Assembly (NCBI GenBank): GCA_044892525.1
Contig: CM097885.1
Location: 41,356,001 to 41,420,000 of the forward strand
Direction: 5' to 3'
Source: Schmidtea polychroa
Taxonomy: Eukaryota
DNA length: 64,000 nucleotides
Shown here: one piece after another, positions 56,559 through 64,000 of the stretch
Position numbering within the stretch: the first letter of the stretch is position 1
How the letters are laid out: each line of letters opens with the position of its first letter
The notes under the pieces: generated by a model
The model's input: only the letters and a program-made list of their open reading frames with translations
Databases searched by the model: none
Told to the model about the DNA's origin: nothing
Position numbers and translations under genes: made by a program

Positions 56559-57830
56559 ATGTTTTGCATGAAATCTAACAAAAGCCGAAAAAGAATATAT
56601 TTCCATTCGAGTAGTATTTATTCAAAGGTTCGTCGGATCCTCGACATACCGGGAAATCTAAAGAGAAAATTAAGTCAATCAAAGCTATCAATAAATTGGA
56701 ATAATTATTTCAACACAACTAATCGTTCCAACAGTGATTTTGGAATAGCTGATGGTGAAAACTTGCCCCGACCTCCTGGACCGATTGTTTGCACACAAGA
56801 AGAAAAGCAACTTGAGGCCAGTTGTGTACATTGCAAAGATTCTACTCAAGGTGTTTATCAAATTATTTTCACGATCTGCAATGTGAAAATCTTTCCAATC
56901 AGATTTGCTACTCGGGATATCACTGATTTTGAAAACGACAAACAGACCTATACCATTAATCGAATTAAATTCATAGAATTGTTTAATTTTAAAAGTAATC
57001 GTCTTTGGATAACAAACCGATTCTTTTATTTGATCAAGGGACGTAACAAAATCGGCTGCGTTACCGGGATCAATGATGTAAGTCCAATCAATATCTATCG
57101 AGACCCGAAGAAAAAAAGCAAAAAGAATTTAGAACGGGAACAATCTATAGGAGCACTGATTCACTTTCCACCACCAATTGGTAAGATCATTATACCATAC
57201 AAAGGTGTTCTATTTCATCTGAACTGTAAACTTTTGCACTTGGATTCAATTAAAAGTCGTCTACTCGACCATGCTGTCAACCGATATCCAAATAATGACT
57301 CCAATAATCTATTAAATAATGCAATAATTACAGCGAAGTACAAGAAGGATTTAATTCAATTCAAATTTGACATGTGTAACGTAACCATTCAGCCAGTTGT
57401 TTTCAAAGTTAGCCGAGCTTGTCAAGTATTTGATGATTGTCGTTTCATACCATATTATAATGAAATCTCCAACCGAAGAGTATTCATTCCAATTCCTCGA
57501 TCAACTGTAGATTATACGGATCCAATGGAAAAACTCAGACGTCGTGGTTTAGTAAGGAAATACGATCCGCCTTGGTTGAAAAAGGTTCGAAATGAAAGAA
57601 TTAAACGTACTTTTTGTAAGTTAGAAAATTTCAAGAAAAATGAAAACAATAATCCTACAACATTGCTATCAGTGGAAAATGGAGGATTCGTTTATAAAGT
57701 CAGGGCGGGAATGCTAAGAGTCAACAATGTTTATAATTCCAGTAAATATGAAACATTTGTCAAAGCCCATCAGAGAAAACTTGCAGCTAAAAAGTGGGAA
57801 AAAATTCGATTTTATGAAGTAAGTCTTTAA
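56559..57830 (+). CDS. Intronless 423-aa basic protein of unknown function
   Basis: Long ATG-started ORF in very AT-rich DNA, complex composition, no motif recognised. Confidence 0.65.
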   Translation: MFCMKSNKSRKRIYFHSSSIYSKVRRILDIPGNLKRKLSQSKLSINWNNYFNTTNRSNSDFGIADGENLPRPPGPIVCTQEEKQLEASCVHCKDSTQGVYQIIFTICNVKIFPIRFATRDITDFENDKQTYTINRIKFIELFNFKSNRLWITNRFFYLIKGRNKIGCVTGINDVSPINIYRDPKKKSKKNLEREQSIGALIHFPPPIGKIIIPYKGVLFHLNCKLLHLDSIKSRLLDHAVNRYPNNDSNNLLNNAIITAKYKKDLIQFKFDMCNVTIQPVVFKVSRACQVFDDCRFIPYYNEISNRRVFIPIPRSTVDYTDPMEKLRRRGLVRKYDPPWLKKVRNERIKRTFCKLENFKKNENNNPTTLLSVENGGFVYKVRAGMLRVNNVYNSSKYETFVKAHQRKLAAKKWEKIRFYEVSL

Positions 57831-57926
57831 AATGAGTTTAAAAGTATTGAAACAAGATTTCTCGTTGTTAGCAATTTGATACACCCGATTTCACAAAAAA
57901 ACATTTTCTATAATTAAAATTATTAA

Positions 57927-58235
57927 CCACTTAACTCTTTTTAAAAATGAAAATTTGTGGTAAAAAAAAACTATAATTTTTATATTGCATTTTCTGATAG
58001 ATTATGATGCATATAGATGGAATATTTCCCAAAATGAAAAAACATGGTTTTTTGAAAAATTATAACATATTTAATTTTTTTTTAAAAGTCATCAGAGAAT
58101 AGTCGTAAATATTATAGACGCAGAGTTACGGTATTCCCCATAGACTCAATGGTATAAAGTGCGTAAAATTACGTCACAAATTCTATTTCAACCACATTTT
58201 TTTGACGTAAATTTACGTCGATTCTCGTTAAGTGG
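57927..58235. mobile_element. piggyBac-type MITE
   Basis: TTAA|CCACTTAAC ... GTTAAGTGG|TTAA. Confidence 0.7.
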
Positions 58236-58810
58236 TTAATAAAATTTATAATATAGGTAACACACTAACTAACATGTGTGTTGAAAATCTTATTGCATTG
58301 AATAACACATAAAGGATTATAACTTGGTCAAAGAAATACATTTTCTCTCCCCACAAAATTCATATAATAAAAACCGCCACCAAACTAGTAAATAACAAAT
58401 CTTTGTTTTCGATAGCAACCAAATAAGGTTTTTTAATTGAAAATTTTTTTAAAATAATGAATTATGAAGTTTCTTTTAATCATAAAATTCTTTTTTCACA
58501 TACTTTTAAATAATAAACTTATTTAATTCATATTTTCATGTAAAATAATATATGAAAAAAAACTACTGTCATTAATATTATAATTTTTATTAAAAATAAT
58601 TAATTAATTAAAATTATTTGAAAAATGTATACATTACAATTATTTATTAATTTTTTAAAATTATAGATTTACCATTTTTGTAAAATATAATAGTATATTT
58701 TTCAGTTTTGTTAACATATTGTTGTGGTTTACCTTTGGGAAATTCATCATGCCAGTTTCCAAAGACACACAACCTATGTAACTATTATTTGTCAACATAT
58801 TTAATATATA

Positions 58811-59794
58811 CACCTATCCCCCGATTTACACGGTACTTGTTTTACACGTTTTCGCTTTTACACGGTTTTCCAAATAATTTCTTTTTTGTTTTTATCGCAC
58901 TCTACTAAATGCTACTGTGTTTGAACACGTGCGCTGTGTACACATCTCACAGGGAATCCCGAGCTTATGTGCTGACTTGCTGCACATGCACACTGTGTCT
59001 GTATTTCTTCGCATAAAATTAAAGTTTTAAAGTTTAAAGTGAGTGCATAATTTAGATTACATATTATAAATTAACATAAATTAAAAAAAATTATAGGCTT
59101 ATAATGTCGAAAGAAGTTAAAAGAAAAGTTATTTCTTTAGAAACTAAAATCGAAATTTTGGATCGCTTACGAAAGGGAGATAGAGTAGTAGATGTTGCAA
59201 AATCATATAGCATGAACGAAGCTACAATAAGAACTATTAGAACAAATGAAAACACAATTAGAAAGAGTGTTGCAGCTGGCAATACCACGAGTATGGGCAC
59301 AGCATCATACACCAGAAATATCGCAGTGGAAGAAATGGAGAAAGCGTTAATGCTTTGGATAGAAGATCAAACACAAAAAAGAGTACCCATTGATACGGCC
59401 GCTATAACAAATAAAGCAGTACGAATTTACGAAAAAATTGTAGAGCAATTACCATCTTCTTCTTCAACTGAAAAGAAGCCAAATATTTTGGCAAGTCATG
59501 GCTGATTTGAAATATTTAAAATAAGACATTCTTTACACAGCTTAAAGGTGAACTGGCTTCTGGCGACGTAGATGCAGCCCAAGAATATCCAGCAAATTTT
59601 GGAGAAATTATTAACGACAATTCATACACCCCTGATCAGGTTTTCAATGCATTTTATTTTTATTTCCGTGTACACATAAAAATATTGAAAAAAATCACAA
59701 CTGTTAAATAGCAAAATTATGCATTTTCTGCAAGCTTTTCGATTTACACGTTTTTCTCAGGAACGTATCTACCGTGTAAATCGGGAGATAGGTG
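58811..59794 (+). mobile_element. Tigger/pogo element, internally deleted
   Basis: TIRs of about 25 bp, CACCTATCCCCCGATTTACACGGTA / TACCGTGTAAATCGGGAGATAGGTG, with TA TSD. Confidence 0.9.
59104..59505 (+). pseudogene. Truncated Tigger transposase (CENP-B-type HTH domains only)
   Basis: KRKVISLETKIEIL..MNEATIRTI..MEKALMLWIED..ASHG*, then frameshifted debris up to PDQVFN. Confidence 0.88.
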
Positions 59795-59809
59795 TATTTA
59801 TAAAAATCG

Positions 59810-59814
<5 letters not shown>

Positions 59815-59864
<50 letters not shown>
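59815..59864. repeat. (TA)n microsatellite
   Basis: Pure TA run. Confidence 0.9.
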
Positions 59865-59867
<3 letters not shown>

Positions 59868-60149
59868 AATGAGTAATTAACCCATTAACGCCCAGAAGAA
59901 AACTACACGTAATCTAAGAGGTCTAGCGGTCTCATCTATATATTAAAATACATATGAATAAAGTAGTGAGATATAGGTAGTGAACATAAAGTAGTGAAAT
60001 ATCTATTGTTGAAATGGGTCACTACTTCCAGGATGATCATTATAGAAAAACATGAAATCACGCCTTTAACAAGTGTACCCATGTGAGTACAGTGAGTGGT
60101 AATGGGTGAAATTTTGGTTGTTTTTACAAAAGATCACAAAAATGCACAA

Positions 60150-61165
60150 TAATGCATTCCCCGAAACTGAATTAGTATATCCTAAAGATGTTGATCAGTG
60201 GCCTGATAATATAACTGAAAAGTTCAGCGAACAATTTTTTACTCAGAAACCAAAAAGATGTGGATATTGAAATGAGCACAAGCATGCATGGCATTCAAGT
60301 CGACGATCGAGATAGAAGATAAAGCCGACATTTTTCTGAGAAAAAGCAAACGGAACCAGAGAAAAACAGGAATGGTTAAGTTATAGAAAACAACCGTCAA
60401 AATTTATTGCTACATTTGTAAGTTGTTTTCTACTAAGAAAACACAACTAACAAATGGTTATTTCGATTGAAAAAAACATATCAGCGATACTAAATGCACA
60501 TGAAAATTCAAACGGCCTCCGGTACTCAATTATAACGTATTCAAAGCGCTTGGTTCAAGAAGGGTACATTGCTACAGAAGTGGTAAAACAACTTAAAAAA
60601 CAGCAGCAATTTTGGAGGGATGTTCCAAAAAGAGTAGTTGCAACCGTGAAATTGTTTCCTGTCCAAGGACTGGCATTTTGAAGGCACAGATAATCCAGAG
60701 ATTCTACAAACAAAAGGAAACTTTTTAACTTGTCTGGAATATCTTACTGGATTTGATCCATTCGTGGAGAACCATATGAAGAATTTCCCGAATTGTGGAC
60801 AAGGATCTGTGAGATATTTATCTAATACAGTTTTCGATGAATTTATCACAATAATGGGGACAATTTAGGAGCTCAGTACAAGAAGTACAAGTGGCCACGT
60901 ATTTTGCATTGATTGTAAGTGTAAGTCATATGGATCAGCTCACTTTTGTCCTTAAGTATGTTCTACTGGAAGGACACATAAAAGAAAGATTCTCTTTTTC
61001 ATTGATATCCAAGGTTATGATGCTGTTTATTTATTCCAAGTCATCAATGACACTCTTAAGAAATGAGGCATCGATATAATATAGAGGCCAAAGCTACGAC
61101 AACGCAAGCAATATGTTAGGGACATACACTGGATAATAAGCTCGCATCAAAAGTAAAAGCTTGAC
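60150..61165 (+). pseudogene. Degenerate ZMYM1-like hAT transposase
   Basis: Fragments IYCYICKLFS, HENS, QGLAF, GNFL..LEYL..FDP, DQLTFVLKYV, RGQSYDNASNM across frameshifts. Confidence 0.75.
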
Positions 61166-64000
61166 AGTAAGGGGATATGGGTGCGCTGAGTCAACCCCCA
61201 GCCCCACCGCACTGCTGAGGATTTGTGCTTTTTCCTAAAAAACTGAAGATTTTTATGTAAGTTACGAAAAGTATGTTATGTAAACACGGCAATCGGCCAG
61301 TAACCATGAAAACCGACTAATCTTTTATGTAGGTCAATCCAAAATTTCTAAATTTATTTAATCCATATTTAATAATTCAAGTTGTGGAATTGATAAAATT
61401 AATAATAAAATATTCGCAGGTGGTAAGAATCTTCATTGAGATAAGTACTAGAATTATTCATTAATGGATTATGGTACTATGAGAAAATACACTGAACTGT
61501 TATTGATGAGAAGAATGTATGGAAATTAAGTGGAGGGGATATAACTGATTAGGTACATGTATAATAAAGGGGAACTAAATAGTGAAAACTAGGAGAATAA
61601 AAGCAGATGAAGAAGTGAAATAACAAATAATTAAACTATTAATTAAATAATTCTTTAAAAATTAATTAATTAAATTTTAAGGCTTTTTTAACTAGAGCTG
61701 GATGCTGTGTACAAAATCCTGGGACCCAAAATACTCTCCTCACTATAATGCGATTTTGAAAAAATACCATGCAGCACCCTGCACCCTCTAGCTCTTTGCA
61801 ACACGACCATCCGGTGTAGTCCATTTCCTCCGTAGAGAAGTAGACACAGAGGGCTAACATCTACCACTAGCCTAACTAACAACTTTAAGGTCCTTGGAAA
61901 AAAAGAATGAATTTAAGATTGTACAGAAAATGATTACATATATAGTCTTATCTGTATTGCTGTAATAGATAAGAAATACTCAAGGTGTCCCAATTTTGAA
62001 TAGTTACCATACCAACAACCAGAAGTTGTACAGTTTTCAAGTGACTATAGTTTTCGTTACAAATAATGAAAATAAAAGGGTTTAAGTGGAAAACCATGAA
62101 AGTCTAGAATATGATCATTATATGATATCGAATCACGATCAAATAAAAGAATAATAATCAAACTGTTCATGAACCTGCTCATTAAATCATTGAAATTTTA
62201 TAATTATTAAAAATATATAAAACATGCAATAATAGAATAATAGCTTGCATCAAAGGTCATATATTAATAAAGAAAATAATTAAAATTAAATTAATTTAAT
62301 AAAAAAATAATTAACATTAATAAAAATAAAACAAATTTAAATAAAAATAAATAAAAGTAATTACATATAATAAAGAATCTTTAAGTGATTATTAAGTCAA
62401 CACCGATCTATATAAAAGTGAACTATTTATTATTTACTGTTTTTTAGTTAGTAGTAAAGGGTGGGTTTTATTATTAATTTAATTAATTCAATAAATTTAA
62501 TAGATTTATTAAGTAATTTTTAAAAATAAATTTTTAGAAAAGTTCAAACATGGTGCCAGATTGGGACTTCGAGAATCACGAGCAATAAAATAAAAATTAT
62601 GTTTTGTATAAAAGCTATAAAATCGTGATGAAAATTACATTAAGGCAATATAAGAATATTACACCACTTTGAATATGAAATTTCTTATGTAGTATTATTA
62701 TGAAGTAAAACTTTAAAATCTTTTATTTTTATTTTATAAATTATTACACCAATTTCATTATAATTAAAAATAATTCTAAAAATACAGATTATTTTTTTGA
62801 GCATTTAAAAATAGATAAATAAAAATAAATTTACTCTTAACGGGCGATAAAAATAAACAAATTTTAGATTTAATTTAAAGTTATTTTTATATTAATTTGC
62901 ATAATTATATACATGTATATTACGAAACACATAAACATAGGCTCACGATGAAGTCAGCAAGTGTCACTTGGAGCTTTCATTTTCTATCGTTAAGCAAATC
63001 CAATCTCATCTTTGCTTTTGGACTGGTTTCGACATCTAGATAATTCGCTATAATTTGATCAACATTTAAGGTTATTTTTACCATTTTTTACTGTCATAAG
63101 TTCTATTTTCAAGTTCTACATGAATTTCTTGTTCTATCAGTTCTTGAAAGTGGTCATAAACAGGGGTTTCTTTACAAACCTACAATAACTCTTCAATAAA
63201 CATTTCATGTTTCTAATGTATCAATTAGGTCGACGTTTATTGATAATCTTTGGATATTTCCGAGCATGTCTCTCATAATCCATGATTTCTTATTAAATTC
63301 CCAAATTACAGGTAAACAAGACTTGAATTTTTTTATTGTTCATGGATCTCTGATTAAATCTTTCCACCACATTTAAAACATTTAATTGGGGATTTTATTG
63401 TTGATACGATCAGAGGCGTAATTAAGGTAAGGCAAGCATGACACGTGACATGGCGCCAGCAGAAAGGGGGCGCAAAAAAGCGCCTAACGTATAAATACCC
63501 AAATGAAAATAAAAAAAAATGTTTTAATAGATATAAATATGTGTATTAAAAAACTGCGTAGGAAAAAGCACGTATTCGTTTTTTGTTTGTTTGTCCATGT
63601 TCTCAATGCCTCTAGCTCTCTTTCTCTCTACAAATGTTATTTTGTATTTGAAAAAAAGAAATGCAGAATAGTAGCGTGTGTTGTGTTCTGTGCTAAAGCC
63701 GTTCGGAATACGGGGAATCCCGGTTCGCGTAGCACGTGCATCGGAATTCTAACGTCAGTACGATAAACGAGAATCGGTCTCTTTGCAGTCTGTTGCTCAA
63801 TTCAAAAATCGTTCGCATTTGATTTTCGTTTATACATAGTTGATAGTTTTTCGATCGAATCGATCCTGAATAATATCTAAATTTTGTTTTAAACGACAAA
63901 TTTGTTGAGTGTTAAAGTTGCCAGTGTTTTTTTATAAATCTAAGATATATATATATATATAGTTAAAATTGGTTTTAAATTTAAATTATATTCTACTAAG

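Noticed and set aside
63718..63729. 12-nt match to the complement of the element A PBS (possible tRNA gene)
   Set aside because: No cloverleaf or A/B boxes; it lies in a GGGAATCCC motif typical of DNA-transposon ends.

Overview
AT-rich, transposon-dense invertebrate-animal genomic DNA with short host introns. Host content: six minus-strand exons of a p70 S6-kinase-like gene (C-terminal exons not found), the last exon of ATP6AP2, a small secreted Cys-rich ORF with an eclosion-hormone-like framework, and an orphan 423-aa ORF. These sit among hAT, piggyBac, Tigger, Helitron-like and Penelope remnants and MITEs. The main feature is two complete, recently inserted, mutually divergent Ty3/Gypsy LTR elements: A at 21434-35008 and B at 38590-55002, each with near-identical LTRs, a 4-bp TSD, a PBS and a PPT. 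They share an unusual virus-like layout: Gag(CCHC) - helical bundle + ubiquitin-like domain - Bcl-2-like domain - internal signal peptide + chuvirus-type (class III-like) fusion glycoprotein + TM - PR - RT - RNase H - IN - second signal peptide + FN3-like ectodomain + TM. A separate DEDDh (ISG20/REX4-like) exonuclease ORF follows. In B the whole chain is one intact 3414-codon ORF; A carries one frameshift and one nonsense codon. Domain calls come from motif recognition by eye and need HMM/structure confirmation, and novelty needs a literature and database check.
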